NCBI GenBank assembly: GCA_965644315.1
Contig: CBFFRQ010000062.1
Location: forward strand, 186,001 to 250,000
Source of the DNA: Caecitellus pseudoparvulus
Taxonomy: Eukaryota > Protista > Bigyra: Bicosoecida
Length of the DNA: 64,000 nt
Direction of reading: 5' to 3'
Shown here: one piece after another, positions 11,793 through 24,700 of the stretch
Numbering within the stretch: the first letter of the stretch is position 1
Layout of the letters: every line of letters starts with the position of its first letter
The notes under the pieces: generated by a model
What the model saw: the letters and a program-made list of their open reading frames with translations, nothing else
Databases searched by the model: none
What the model was told of the DNA's origin: nothing
Translations under genes and position numbers: made by a program

Positions 11793-14127
11793 ATGGCCGC
11801 GAGCCGGAGCAGGGTGAGCCAGGTGGAGCCTGGCGTGAAGACAAAAACGAAGCACAAGTGGTCGCGCAAGAAGGACTGGCGCACTGATGTGGATGAGATG
11901 GGCAACGTGGTCATCCTTCGGCAAGGTGTGTGGAAGTCGCTGTCAGGTGACGAGTACGAAGGGGAGTTTCTCGAGGGGAAGAAACACGGCCGGGGGCGGA
12001 TGAACTTCATCAATGGCAACACTTATGAAGGTACGCGCTGTCATCTTCGCCACATGGCAGCCTACAAAGCATGCGGCACCCTTTCTTGCAGGTGACTGGC
12101 AGCACGACGCCTTCCACGGGTATGGAGTCATGAAGTACGCAGAGTTCACGGAAGGGGCAAGGCGCATCGTGGGGCGCATGTACAAAGGGTACTGGTTCAA
12201 GGGTGAGATGCAAGGGTATGGCATCTTCACAAAAGGCGATGGTGAGACGTACGAAGGCGAGTTTCGGCACAACCGGTACCATGGCAGGGGCCGGCTGCGC
12301 CTCCGAGATGGCAGCCAGTACGATGGCCACCTGAAGCAAGGGCAGTACCATGGGAAGGGACTCTTGCGATTCGAAGATGGCTCTTCATACAAGGGTGGGT
12401 TCAGGGCGGGGCACTTCCACGGCCACGGCGTGTTCAGTTGGCCAAAAGGAGGCGGCTCGTACGCCGGCTCCTTTGCCAAAGGCAAGCGCGACGGCTTTGG
12501 CAAGCGGGTGTTTGCCAACGGCAACACATATGAAGGCGAGTACTTCGAAGGCTGCATGCACGGCAAAGGGCGGTACACGACAGTAGCCGGTGACCTTTTT
12601 GTGGGCGAATTCCTGAATGACCGATTCCACGGATATGGAGTCATGCAGTACGGCAACGGGGACAGATACGAAGGGCAGTGGCAGAAAGGCAACCCCTGTG
12701 GACGAGGAAGGTATGACTACGAGGCGGGGGGGTACTACGAGGGAGAATATTGGGCACTGTGTCGAACCGGCATCAAAGCTGCGCTGGATGAAGCAGACCT
12801 GGCGCAGTTTGCACACCCGGACTCCATCACAAGAAAGATGGCTGAGAAGGGCAGCAAGCCCCTCACAAAGGGCTTCCTGAAGCAGATTCATGAGGCGAAA
12901 CAACAGGACAAAGCGCGGGGGGTCCCATCGGGTGTGAAGGGGAACCTGCCTGCCCACCAGCGTCGAAAACTGTACGACAAGCGGAGGCAAGTCGGCACCA
13001 TCCTCGTCGGCAGCGAGTACGATGACCCTCAGCGAGGTGGCGTGATGCGCCCCGTTGCTGATGGCAAGCGCCATGGGAAAGGTATCAGAGTGTGGTCATC
13101 TGGGGCGAGGTATGAGGGGCAGTGGTGGCAAGGGGAGCCTCATGGATTTGGGGTGTATGTTGGACCGGGTGTGATGGGCGAGCGGTACGAAGGGCAGATG
13201 AAGTTTGGTGTCCGAGAGGGCCGGGGAATCGCAAGCTACGGCCACAATGAAGGCGGCCGCTACATAGACCCGCTCGGGTTTTCCCTCGTAAGTGGCGCTG
13301 CGCAGAGTGCGAAGGCAGATCCATGTCTGCACTGAGCCCTCCTTGCACAGGACGGAGGCCTTGGACGGAGTGTGTACGATGGCGAGTGGCATGCCGGTCT
13401 CTTCCATGGCTCGGGGAAGTTCACAGCTCCAGATGGACGCATGTACACGGGGGAGGTACGCGCTGACGCGTGTCGTGAGCTGCATCGCCTGTCGCCCGCG
13501 CGCACCCCGCTGAGCGCCAGCCCACACCCTGCACAGTTTCGGTACGGAAAGCGAGAAGGCATTGGGTCCGCTGTGATAATTGGGAGCGAGGACTTGAAGT
13601 ACATCAAAGAGGCAGGGCGTTCTGATGCTCTATACAAGGCATACAAGTACGATGGGCAGTTCGAGAACAACCGCCGCAACGGCCGGGGAGTGCTAGAGCT
13701 ACTAAATGGTGATCGCCTGGCTGGCCTGTTCAAGCAAGACTTGTTGGATGGGCTGGTGAAGTGCATCTATGCAAGCTCAGGAACGGTTCGATATGCTATG
13801 TACCGAGCTGGGAAGCGAATGAGCTGGCTTGAGGGTAGGAAGCTGCAAGAAGCGCTGGCGAAGGATGCTGCGATGGGGGTCACAGCGGACGTGTTCAAAG
13901 GCGTGGCTGTGGGAACAGACGTGCTGCGTGCAGCACACAAAGCACGTGCCGGTGTTAAAGAGGAATCCAAGGAGACAAAACGGTTCGACATCAGAGCAGT
14001 GCATGTGAACTTTGCTGACGAAGCCGGTGCGCTGGAGCGGCGGCGGGCTGCAAGAGAGGCAAACGCAGGCGCCAGCGTGCCAGGCCCGAGCTCACGCCAA
14101 GAAACAGCTCCAGAGGAGTTGGACTAG
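11793..14127 (+). CDS. MORN-repeat protein; introns include 12031-12091 and two near 13290-13540
   Basis: More than 15 YEGE(F/W)xxGxxHGxG repeats in two blocks. Confidence 0.9.
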
Positions 14128-15338
14128 CGCGGCTCTTGCTCTCCTGTGAAGTACCCGGAGCGAGTCTTCCTGAACAGCCGTCCCTCCTGCGACTCCACCA
14201 TGGTGCGAACCCGCCGCACACGCTCCTCTTCAGATGAAGGCGCTCCCTGAGGTTGGACACGGGTAAAGTCGGAGGACAGGGGATGTGACATGGTGTCTGT
14301 GCCAGGGGTTGGCAGAGCAGTCTGAGCTCCATGGCGGTGCTGCGCTGCAGCCGTCGCGCGCAGGCGTGCCTGTTGCGCAGCATGAGGGAGGGCGGCATAC
14401 TCCTCAGGCTGCCACTCGTACAGTGCCGCAATGTACTGCACTTCAAAACTGAAAGGCCCACTACCAACAGCGGTGATGCCAATGCCCGTGATGCGAGCTT
14501 GATTGATCGGGCGTTGGGCTGCCACCAGCGCACCACGCTTCGTAAGGTAGAAATGGTCAAATGGACAAGCCAAAGTGACCCACTCCCCAGGGGGGGTCTG
14601 CAAGTCCCTGGGCGTGGAGAGGGGGGCGGGGCACCTCGCTGCACATGAGTCAGTCTGCGCTGCCCACTCGCATTTGGGACGCACGCTTGGAAGACATCGT
14701 CAGCTGCCCGAGTGGCAGACGCTGACTCTCGGAGCTGCAGGGTGTAGGGGCGCCCATCGGTGCGCACACGCATCTCCAAGGCGTCAAACGAGCGAAGGTA
14801 GTGCAACCTTGAGCTGGGCTGCAAGGAGACAGGCGAAGCATCGTTAGGGTCAGCGACGCAGTCAGCCCACGCGGCTCGGCCAGCTCACCTTGGTTCTGAC
14901 GCTGCAAAAGGCTTGGCCGTCTTCACCTGTCTGGGCATCACGGTTCTGGAGAATGCCCTGGAAGCAGCCAGTGGAGTATTCAGCGTGTCGAATGATGCTG
15001 AAAGAGCACACGCTTCCACCTGGGGCGAGCGCACGAAGTGCAGGGGCGGCATGCAGAGGGCAGATAGGATGTAATTTCCGCACCTCCCATGACTTGGTCT
15101 GAGTGAACTTCAAACGTGTCCACGTCCTCCAGAGTCTGGAATGCATACATAGTGTGCCGATCAGGGGGCCTCATGCCTAGGATGAAGCCTGCACCGCGTT
15201 CAAGGCGAGGAGCTCACAGCATGTGGCGGAAGGGAGCAAGGCAGGCTGCCACACACTCGACCTAGCTTGGATGTACGTGTCATCGACCCACCGTCCGACA
15301 GAGCGGATGGCCCGTCGTAAGTGATGTGCTAGTGCCAT
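14124..15338 (-). CDS. NDUFAF1: Complex I intermediate-associated protein 30 (CIA30) family; 4 introns
   Basis: Presequence-like MALAHHLRRAIRS; FEVHSDQVMGGGS, FDALEMRVRTDGRPY, PPGEWVTLACPFDHFYLTKRG, ITGIGIT...GPFSFEVQYI. Confidence 0.85.
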
Positions 15339-15587
15339 TTTCGCAGCCCAGGCCCTCGTGAGTGCTGCCTCAGGTTGGACGGTGGCTTCACCCCACCTCC
15401 GCGCAAAGACGCCGCGTGCCAGTTAGCAAACCTGCAGAGGCAAATTTGGACCCTGCAACACATTGACTTCAGTGGATGGTGTAAATTTTGGCGTGCCAAG
15501 CATTGCCATTCAGGTTCGACTGCGCGGGCCGGTTGGTCAGGGCCATCGAAGAGTGCCGCTGCTGGCACTGGCAGCTATCGATTCAGC

Positions 15588-18332
15588 ATGGCTGCTGCCT
15601 CTGGGTCCGGCGGCAAGTCGTCGGGTGACGACATGAATGTCAAGGTGGCCGTGCGCATGAGGCCATTCAATACTCGAGAGAAGGACGTGCGTGCCGGTAG
15701 CAGCCTGCCAAAGCCGCGCCTGGCTTGTCGCAGGCGACACGAAACGTGAGCCTGCACAGTTGGGAGCGAAGAAAGTCGTCGAAATGGACGGCCCCTCGAC
15801 CTTCCTCACGAACCCTTTGGACGCCGAAGCAGAACCAAAGCAGTTCACCTTTGACTACTCCTATGACTGGGACGTGCGTGAGCAGCGTGTCTGGCAGCGT
15901 GGTGTAACGCGCAGCAACGCCGGTCCAACTCCATTCCTTGTGAGCCGTGCAGACTACACAAGACCTCGTCTATGGCGACCTTGGCAAGCCCATGGTCACA
16001 GCGGCTTTTGACGGGTTCAACGGCACGGTGTTCGCTTACGGCCAAACGGGAAGCGGCAAGAGCTGGTCCATGATGGGAGCTCAGGAGAAGACCGCTCCAG
16101 AACTGGACGGTGAGTGTGGCGTGGCAGCCGAGCGAGCGCCCGCCGCACCGAGCAGCCCCCGCCTCCTGCCGTAGGCATCATTCCTCGCCTAAACACGGAG
16201 CTCTTTGAGCAGCTGGAGGCCGCCAAGGCCAAGGAGCCGGACAAGCAGTTCATGGTGCGCTGCGCAAAGCGGGCCAGCCACGAGGCGCGCCTCATGCCCA
16301 CACCCTGCGTCCGCGCAGATCTTGGTGAGCTACCTGGAGATCTATAACGAAGTCATCAAAGACCTGCTGAACCCCAGCGACAAGAAGCTGCAAGTGCGCC
16401 AGCATCCCAAGCTGGGCGTGTACGTGCAGGACCTGGCTGAGATCGTGGCCACTAGCCCCGAGCAGGTGGCAGACCTGCTGGAGTCGGGGAACAAGGTGCG
16501 CAAGGTGGCAGGCACGAAGATGAATGCCCGCTCGTCCCGCTCCCACTCCTGCTTCACCATCAAGATCGAGCAGAAGGTGGAGGAAGACATGGGGGGCGGC
16601 AAGCGCAAGACCACGACGCTGAACGCCAAGCTGAACCTGGTGGATCTGGCAGGGTCAGAGCGCCAGAGCAAGACAGGCGCGGAGGGCGCACAGCTGCGAG
16701 AGGGGGCTGCCATCAACAAGTCCTTGTCAGTGCTCGGCAATGTCATCAACGCACTGGCAGAGGGCAAGAAGCACGTGCCCTACCGTGACTCCAAGCTCAC
16801 CCGCCTGCTGCAGAACAGCCTGGGCGGCAACTGTGCGTCTCGCCGTGGCAATGCTTGGTGTTTTTGTGCATGTGACCTCCTCCTGCCTCCCCCGCCACCC
16901 CCGCAGCTCGCACCGTCATGATCGCTGCCATCTCACCCGCCGATGACAACTACGACGAGACGCTGACCACGCTGAACTACGCCAACCGCGCGAAGAACAT
17001 CACGAACAAGAGCACTCGTAACGAGGATGTGTCGCAGCAGATCATTCGTGAGCTTCGCTCGGAAATCGCCGACCTGCGTGCTGCGCTGGAGGCGGCCCAG
17101 AGCGGCGTGGCGCAGGGCGGCGGGGCCATGAGCGAGGAGCAGCAGCGGCAGATTGAGGAAATGTCGGAGAAGATGGCCATGCTGGAGCGGTGCGTGTTAT
17201 GTGTCAGCGCATCCGCCTGGACGTGCGGCATACTGCACACCTCCCGCTCCCCGCAACGCAGGGCCAAGAAGGAGTCTTGGGAGGAGAAACAGCGGCTGTC
17301 GCAGCAGTATGAGGAGGAGCGCAAGCGCAACGCGGAGAACACCGCCAAGATCATGGCATTCATGAACACCGTGCGTGCCTGACATCCACATTCACAGCAT
17401 GCATTCCCACACTGCCCTACACTCGCCCGCTCCGCGCTGCCCTTCCTGGCCAGGTGCGCGAAGACAACCTCGCCCTGATCAAGCGTGTGAAGGATCTGAA
17501 GGCGGAGAAGAACGAACTGGCCAAGCTGTTCAAATCTCGCAAGGCAGAGCACATGGCCACGCGGCAGGAGCTAGCAGACGCCATGGCTGAGTATGACGAG
17601 CTGGCAGTGGAGGGGGAGGACGGCCCCCACGCTGCCCGGCTGGAGGAACTCATCGGTGTGATTGAGAGCCGGCACCAGCAGGTGGAGGAGGAGACCGTGG
17701 AGCTGCGGGAGCTGAAGGAGGCCCTGCGCGAGATCAATGAACAGCTGGAGGAGGCCATGGACGAGGCGGCAGCCCAGCGCATGGTGCTGGAGGAGGACGC
17801 CCAGCTGCGGGAGCAGATCAAGGCGGAGGAGCGCGAGCGCCTGGAAAAGGCCAACGCCGAGCGCCTGGAGAGCGTGCTGGCGGAGGAGAAGGAGCGCTTG
17901 CGCCGGGAAATGGAGGCAGACAAGAAGGCTGCCATCGATCGCATGGTGGCGGGCGGCATGGGCTCTGCCACCATGGACCCAGCCAGCGCAGAGGCCATGC
18001 AGCGCCTGGAGGTGGAGCTGCTGGACGCCAAGCAAGCCCTGCGCCTGATGGAGTTGGAGGCTGCCCAGACAGCCCAGCGGCAGGAGGCGGAGGTGGCCAA
18101 GGTGCAGGCGGCCCACCGGCGGGAGATGCGCGGCCTCAAGTCCAAGGAGCTGCGCATGTTCCGGGAGCTGTGCGACGGGTACGAGGAGGAACACAAGGCC
18201 CTGCGCAAGGAGTTGGCTGAGAAGAACAAGCTGCTGCGGCAGGCTGTCTCGGACATCACCTTCCTCACTCAGAAGAACGCTGAGCTCGAGCGCCAGCTCA
18301 TCGAGGCGGCGGCGTGGGAGCCCACCATGTAG
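15588..18332 (+). CDS. N-terminal kinesin motor (kinesin-3-like signature) with long coiled-coil tail; about 7 introns
   Basis: [21 protein letters not shown]-loop [47 protein letters not shown]; E/K/L-rich heptads at 17454-18332. Confidence 0.95.
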
Positions 18333-18346
18333 ATACGCCAGCGCTC

Positions 18347-18353
18347 AATGCAC
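18347..18353 (+). terminator. Candidate 3'-end signal AATGCAC between convergent kinesin and HDAC stops
   Basis: 14 nt after the kinesin stop and 31 nt from the HDAC stop on the opposite strand. Confidence 0.45.
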
Positions 18354-18384
18354 CTACGACCCGCCAATTTCCGCTTGACCCCCC

Positions 18385-21270
18385 TCACAAGGATCTTTGG
18401 CGCTTGCCTGGGCGGGGAAGGTCGCCCGGCCGCCCAGTGGGTGTGGAGGGCGGCGGCATGGTGTCCAGGGGGGACGCCGCACGAAATGGGCTGTCTTCCA
18501 GCCCGCTCATGTGCGGCAGGGCGGGCGGCGTGTTGGGCGGCGCGATGTGCACACTGCTGGTGGAGGCGGCATCTCCCGCCTGCCCCTCCACCCAAGAACC
18601 AGCGGAGAAGCGGGAGGAGCGGCGGTCCAGAGCAGGCCCTGACGGGGCAGGGCCCAGCCCCAGCAGTACCCCCTCGCCATCACCTGAGCCTGGCACAGCA
18701 CTGTTTGCACCATGGGCATGTGCAGAGTCAAATCCCTGCCCCGCACTGGCGTGTTGAGCTGCTTCAAAGGCGTTGAGCTCGGCGCGTGCTGCCTGGGAAG
18801 CCACCCGCGCCGCCCGTGCCTCGAGCACTCCCTGCACAGACCTGAAGCTGGCCTTGCGCATGGAGCGCAGCACATCCCAGTGCGCCTTGTGGATCTGTGT
18901 GGTGCGGATGATGGCCGAGGCGGCGGCCTGGTCTGGGCGCATGCGCTGCACTCGGTATGGCCCGCCCACCCCCTCGCGCCCAGCGGCAGAACTGTCCACC
19001 AACCCACCCATGCTGTCAGAGCGTTGACGAGGGGGGAGGGCCGCCTCATCTGCCTCGCTGGATGCCGGGTGGGCCGGCATGCTCGGTGCCTCGGTGAGTT
19101 GCTCCCCCCACACCATGCTCACGTCATCTGCAAAGGGGGGGGGGGGGTCACCCAGCAACACTGCAGCCACAGCCGCCACTGAGTTTGAGATGCTGTGCAG
19201 GTTGTACCCCCCCTCCAGCGCCACCACCACCCGTCCCCCCGCAAGGGTGCGCAGCTGGGCGGTCATGTGGGCGTACCCCGTGGGGGACACACAGCAGCCA
19301 CCCAGGGGGTCCCCAGCAGCTGCGTCGAAGCCCGCACTGACCAGCACCAGGTCGGGGTTAAAGCTACGGGCAATGGGCATGACCACGGCGTCGAAGGCGG
19401 CCATGTACTCGGCATCCCCCATGCCACCAGTTGGCCAGCCAATGTTCACGTTGGTGCCTGCAGCCGCCCCCTCCCCCACACACCGGGGGTCCCCCGTGCC
19501 GGGGTAGAAGGACCCCGAGTCGTACCTGTGCAAGGAGATGTACAGCACCGACGGGTCGTCCAGGAAGGCGTTCTGCGTGCCGTTGCCGTGGTGCACGTCC
19601 CAGTCCAGAATGAGGACGCGGTGGGCACCCCACTCCCGCCGCGCCACCGCTGCTGCCACAGCGACATTGTTGAACAGGCAGAAGCCCATGGCGGCGTCAG
19701 GCTCGGCGTGGTGGCCGGGTGGGCGCACCAGGGCCAGGCCTGCTGTGGCGTGCCCCAGCGCCACCCGGCGCGTGACCTCCAACACCCCACCTGCAGACAG
19801 CAGCGCAGCTTTGTAGCTGTGCTCGCAATAGTACGTGTCAGAGCCAAAGGAGCCCCCGTCTGGCCCGGCATCGGCCGTCGCTGCGACTCGGTCCACGAGG
19901 TGGGGCGTGTGCACCGTGCGCAGGGCATCGTGCGAGGCACACGAACACTCCACACGCCAGCACCGCTGGAACAGCCCCATGGCTGCCAGGTGTGCCACGA
20001 TGGCCTTCAAGCGGTCGGGGCGCTCAGGGTGCGGCTGTGGCGGCGGCAGGGGCACGCCTGGTAGTGAGTCAGACGCAGAGGGATGCTGCGTGGGGGCTGC
20101 GTGTGCTAGCATGGCAGGGTCGTATGCCACAGCGACGATGTGGGGGAAGCCAGTGCCGGCGCCGGGCAGGCCCGCCAGGGCGGGATGCAGGCGGCGCTGG
20201 GCGTGGCACTGCAGCAGGGCCGTGGCTGTATCAGAGGGCACGGGGGAGGCTGCGGCGAGGACCTCGGAGGTGGTGGTCGCGTCCTCTTCGGGCTTGGAGC
20301 CGGCCCGCTGCAGGGCAGTCATGGCGAGAAGACCCTTGCCCCCCTGCCAGGTGGCAGCGGGCGACGTGGGGGGCTGGCTCAGGGAGCCGGTGCCAGTGGA
20401 TGTGTGGAAGGGGATGGACACCGCCCCCCACACACGTGGAAATCCAGAGAAGACGACGTCGGGGATGCTGGCCCGGGCCTGCAGCGGACCAAAGACGAGT
20501 GTGTCAAGGGGGGTGGCCGCCGGGGGTGTCGCGGGGGGAGCGGGGGCTGCAGTGTCGCTGGGCTCTCCAGGTCTCGGCACCTCAAAGCCAAACTCCTGCA
20601 GCCCAGTGGCGCGCAATGGCTCAGGGAGCTGAAGGCTGGCAGCTACCGCTGCTGCTGCTTCAGGCGGCAGCGTCAACTGCAACAGCTCACGGGCTGTGGT
20701 CAAGCCGCTGGTGGCACCAACAGCCCCGCAGGCCCGGCAGGTGAGGGAGGAGAGAGGTGGGAGGGCGGGGAAGGGGGGTACTTGCAGAATGTGTGAAGCA
20801 CTGTCGTGCGCCGCACCCCCTCCGGCCTTGGGGTGGGGTTCGGGTGAGTCAGGCCGGGATGAGCTGGTGGATGCTGGCGCCGCGCGGCCCTCTGCTGGGG
20901 ACGGAGTGGCGGCTACCTCAGTAGAGTGAGTCAAGTGTGCCAAGCGGGTCTGTATGGCCCTGTGCAAGGCTGCGCCATACGCCAGCATCTCCCCGGTGCA
21001 GGGGATGGGGTTGCGGGAGGTGCAGTTGGCGCAGCACCACCGGAAGAGTTTCTTGGTCAAGGCAGCCGGCTCGTCAAACGCGGACGTCATGCCCCACGCT
21101 GAAACGTGCAGGCGTGTGTGGCCGCCCCCTGCACTGGGCAAGGACACCTCAAATAGGCGGCTGGTCTCGAAGCTCGCGATGGATGCATGCCCAACGCTTT
21201 GGGCATCGTCCGGCTGCGATGGGGCTGCCATGTCTCCCAAGCCCTGCGATGGAAGCAGAGGAGTGTGCAT
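18385..21270 (-). CDS. Class II histone deacetylase (HDA1/HDAC6/HDA15-like)
   Basis: HPERPDRL, RPPGHHAE, GFCLFNNVAVAA, DWDVHHGNGTQ, SAGFDAAAGDPLG, LEGGYNL; long N-terminal extension. Confidence 0.95.
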   Translation of the reverse strand: MHTPLLPSQGLGDMAAPSQPDDAQSVGHASIASFETSRLFEVSLPSAGGGHTRLHVSAWGMTSAFDEPAALTKKLFRWCCANCTSRNPIPCTGEMLAYGAALHRAIQTRLAHLTHSTEVAATPSPAEGRAAPASTSSSRPDSPEPHPKAGGGAAHDSASHILQVPPFPALPPLSSLTCRACGAVGATSGLTTARELLQLTLPPEAAAAVAASLQLPEPLRATGLQEFGFEVPRPGEPSDTAAPAPPATPPAATPLDTLVFGPLQARASIPDVVFSGFPRVWGAVSIPFHTSTGTGSLSQPPTSPAATWQGGKGLLAMTALQRAGSKPEEDATTTSEVLAAASPVPSDTATALLQCHAQRRLHPALAGLPGAGTGFPHIVAVAYDPAMLAHAAPTQHPSASDSLPGVPLPPPQPHPERPDRLKAIVAHLAAMGLFQRCWRVECSCASHDALRTVHTPHLVDRVAATADAGPDGGSFGSDTYYCEHSYKAALLSAGGVLEVTRRVALGHATAGLALVRPPGHHAEPDAAMGFCLFNNVAVAAAVARREWGAHRVLILDWDVHHGNGTQNAFLDDPSVLYISLHRYDSGSFYPGTGDPRCVGEGAAAGTNVNIGWPTGGMGDAEYMAAFDAVVMPIARSFNPDLVLVSAGFDAAAGDPLGGCCVSPTGYAHMTAQLRTLAGGRVVVALEGGYNLHSISNSVAAVAAVLLGDPPPPFADDVSMVWGEQLTEAPSMPAHPASSEADEAALPPRQRSDSMGGLVDSSAAGREGVGGPYRVQRMRPDQAAASAIIRTTQIHKAHWDVLRSMRKASFRSVQGVLEARAARVASQAARAELNAFEAAQHASAGQGFDSAHAHGANSAVPGSGDGEGVLLGLGPAPSGPALDRRSSRFSAGSWVEGQAGDAASTSSVHIAPPNTPPALPHMSGLEDSPFRAASPLDTMPPPSTPTGRPGDLPRPGKRQRSL

Positions 21271-21753
21271 GCCTAGACAATTACGCTAACACGCGCGATG
21301 CGGCGGCAGTGGCCGGGCGGGCCAGTCAGGGGCGCCCGTCGGGTCGCGTCGCACAGCACCATCGGCCAGCGGAAGTGCGCATCATGCAAAGCTCGCGCCC
21401 ATGGACAGTTCTGGCCCATAGATCTAGCCGTCAGCGATCAATTCATACAATGATTACATGCAGCGCAAGAAATAGCGAGGCTAGCGCGGGGGAGGCGCGT
21501 CACGTACAGGGCATGTAGTGGCGTTTCAAAGGCGGCGTTTCGTAATCTGTGGGGCTTGGTAGACGTAAACCGACGCAGACACATCCCCGCCCACAGGCCA
21601 ACGCCTGGAAATCTTCCTGAGAAGGCACGCTGTGCTGGCAAAAATGGTGCAGTGAGGAGCCTGCGTGGGCCCAGAGGGGTGCATTGGAGAAACCTGCTGG
21701 ATAGCGCAGCAGGCGCCTGAGGCGAGGGGCAGTATGAAAGCCAGCCCCCCAGC

Positions 21754-24700
21754 TTAGGCATCTTCACCTTCCCCCCCTCCATCCTCCTCCTTCTCAAGCC
21801 CCAGGCAGCAAGAGGCGGTGGAGGCGAGCACGACAGCGATTCCACCACGGATGCCCTTCTTGTCGGTCGAGCTTTCAGCAGCGCCCAGCGCAGCAAGCAG
21901 CGCCACGATGACGGCAATCATGAAGCCGACGTTGATGAGGACAATGAGCACGGTGATTGCCTGTTGGGTGACGTCGGAGCACACGTCGCAGGCAAAGAGG
22001 TACAGCCCGCCCTGCAGGGTGAACAGGGAAATGATGAGGGAGTACATCTCCAGGCGGTTCAGAACGGGGCGGTTGTAGGGCATGGAGCGAGCGTGCACCA
22101 CCGCGAACAGCGTCAGCACCAGTGTCGCCAGCATGGTCTGGGAGATGATGCCCAGCGGCGCCAGCAGCACCGCCATCATGGCGAAGCCCACCTTGCGCAG
22201 CATGATCACTTCCTCCCAGTAGTACCGCTCAGCGTTGAAAGAGGAGTACAGGAAGCCGTACGTGGCGCGGGTGAGGGCGGAGCTCTCCAGGGTGTCCCGC
22301 TTGCGGCGCAGTGCGAAGAAGGCCAGGGCAGGGATGCCGATGGCGTACAGGATGAAGGTGGGCAGGCCCAGCCCGTACATCCAGGGGATGGACTCAGCCG
22401 TGTTGCACTCGACAGCCTTGTCCTTCACCAAGAAGGTGCTGTCGGTGCCTGGCAGCTGCACGCAGGTGAACATGGACAGTGTCACGCGGGTCAGGTTGGG
22501 GTGGATGAGGAAGGCCATCACAATGATGGAGACGATGAAGTAGTCCACGTGATGGGACTTGGCCAGGCTCGTCAGGTCCAGCGCCTCGAACACGCTCTTG
22601 CGCTTGTTCTCGAACTTCGTCCCTGACACGTCCCAGTCGGGTTCAGCCATGCTGCTGCGGGAAGAAGGCCGCGCAGAGCCAGGTCGCGCAGAGCCCTTGC
22701 TGGTCCCGCGCTCGATGGGGTTGGCCATGGCGAACTCGGCATCATCATCAGAGCCCTTCACGTCCTTGATTTGCGGCAGGGGTGGCGCGGACGCTGCGGG
22801 TGCCGAGGCCGTGTCGTCAGTGGTGGCTGCCGCGCCAGCGGCCGAGGCGCCCGCCGCCACGGTCACCTCCTCAGAGGACCGCCCACTCTTCACGGAACCC
22901 TTGCTCTCCTCAGCCTCGTCGCTGGGCTGCACTGCCACGGTAGCCTTCTTGGTCTTGGTGCCGGACGGCGCACCCTCCCGCTCCTCTGCCTCCGCTGGCT
23001 GGGCGGCGGCAGCCTTGGGCTTCAAGCCGACCCAACGACGGGCGTCATCCATGCCGCCATCCTCCCAGCACAGTGGGCAGCCACAGGCCCAGTGGAAGTA
23101 CCAGAACACGCCGAAGAAGGCGATGAGCAGCCAGGGCAGCACGATCATGACCACGGCCCGCATGTAGAAGGTGGAGCCGTCGAAGTCACTGGCCACCTGG
23201 CTCTTGCCTGCGACGCAGTCAGGGGACAGCAGGTTGTCCGAGACAGAGGTGGCCGTGTTCATGCCCTGCATGAACTGGAACACGAAGCTGGGCCAGCGCA
23301 GAGGGAAACCTGCCGCGATGCCCACCGTCTGCATGTGCGTCATGAACACCTTCACGATGGCGACGTACGTCTTGCCAGGTTTGCCCTTGGAGTTCAGGGT
23401 CATGAACGTCATGGCAAAGACGACGATCAAGCCCAGGACGGCACCACCAAAGAGCGCCGCACCGTTGCTGCCGTCGGAGCGGCACTTGCCACAGCCAGCC
23501 TCGCCAGACCGCGCATAGCCCACCTCGCACCGGTTGCACAAGGTGCCCGTGTACCCCTCAGCGCAGGAGGAGGAGGCATCCCCGTTCGCGACGGCGTTGC
23601 CGAACACTGTGGGGCTGCTGGCCTCGACGGGGGACACCTCTGTCACGGTGCCGTTCACATCGATGTTGGTGAGCAGACTGGGGTTCTCACCCACATACCG
23701 CGCGCCTCGAGCCAGGGATGGGTACGAGTTGGGTGTGATGAAGTACTTGGAGGGGGGCTCGCCGGCCGTCCAGCCCTCGCAGGCTGTGTCCTCGTCGCAC
23801 CGCACGAACTCCATGGGGTCCCAGGGGGCACGCCAGTATCCGGCACGTACCACAACCCGCTGCGCAGGGCGGCCTTGGCACAGCGCCCCCGTGGGGCAAG
23901 GCTTGCACACGACCTCGGGCAAGGTGGGCGCCTCGGTGGCGAGATACTCCTCGTTCGAGCAGCCGGCGAACACCGGCCCCATGGTGCCGTTCACTGCCGG
24001 GATGGGGGACAGGCCCACGTCGTTCTGCACTTGGATGTTGAAGAAGTACGGCTTGTCGTCGGGAATGGTGTCGTCCTCCCACCGGAAGCGGTTGTAGCAC
24101 ATGTTGCCGTTGCATCCATCCGCGTCTGCATCTTCAAGGAAGTCAGCCACCTCTTGCGGGATGTAGTGCTTGGCGGGGTCAGCGCCTTGGCGAGGCCCGA
24201 TGGCACGGGGGCGAGGGCCCACCAGGCCAGAGTCAGCCTGCAGCTCAGATGCCGCAACTGCGATGAGGAAGTCAGGGTTCCCCGACACGAAGGGGATGGA
24301 AATACTGTTGCTTGTAGTGTTGGCGCCTTCGCTCTGCAGGCGGCGGCTGTTCAGAGCAGACAGAGATGCCTGGCTGTCAGCGTACGACAGCTTCACCAGC
24401 ACAGGGGGGTTGGTCTTGTCCCACATGTGGTACCACGCAAAGCGAGTCACGCGGCGGTCAGGCTTGTCCACGGCGTACTGGGACAAGGCAATGAAGCCCA
24501 CGGGGGGCGCAGGCGGGTCACCGCTGCCAGCGTAGTCGAAGAGGTTGGGCCGCTCACCCCGCGCGCCGGCGCGGTTTACAACTGCAACTGGCAGGCCAGT
24601 CAGCTGGGTGCCAGCCGGTGGCACTCGCACTTCCACGCTGGACAAGCCGTTGGGCTGGCGCTCAAGGGAGTTTGGGACGATGGGGGCATCCACGCCGCCG

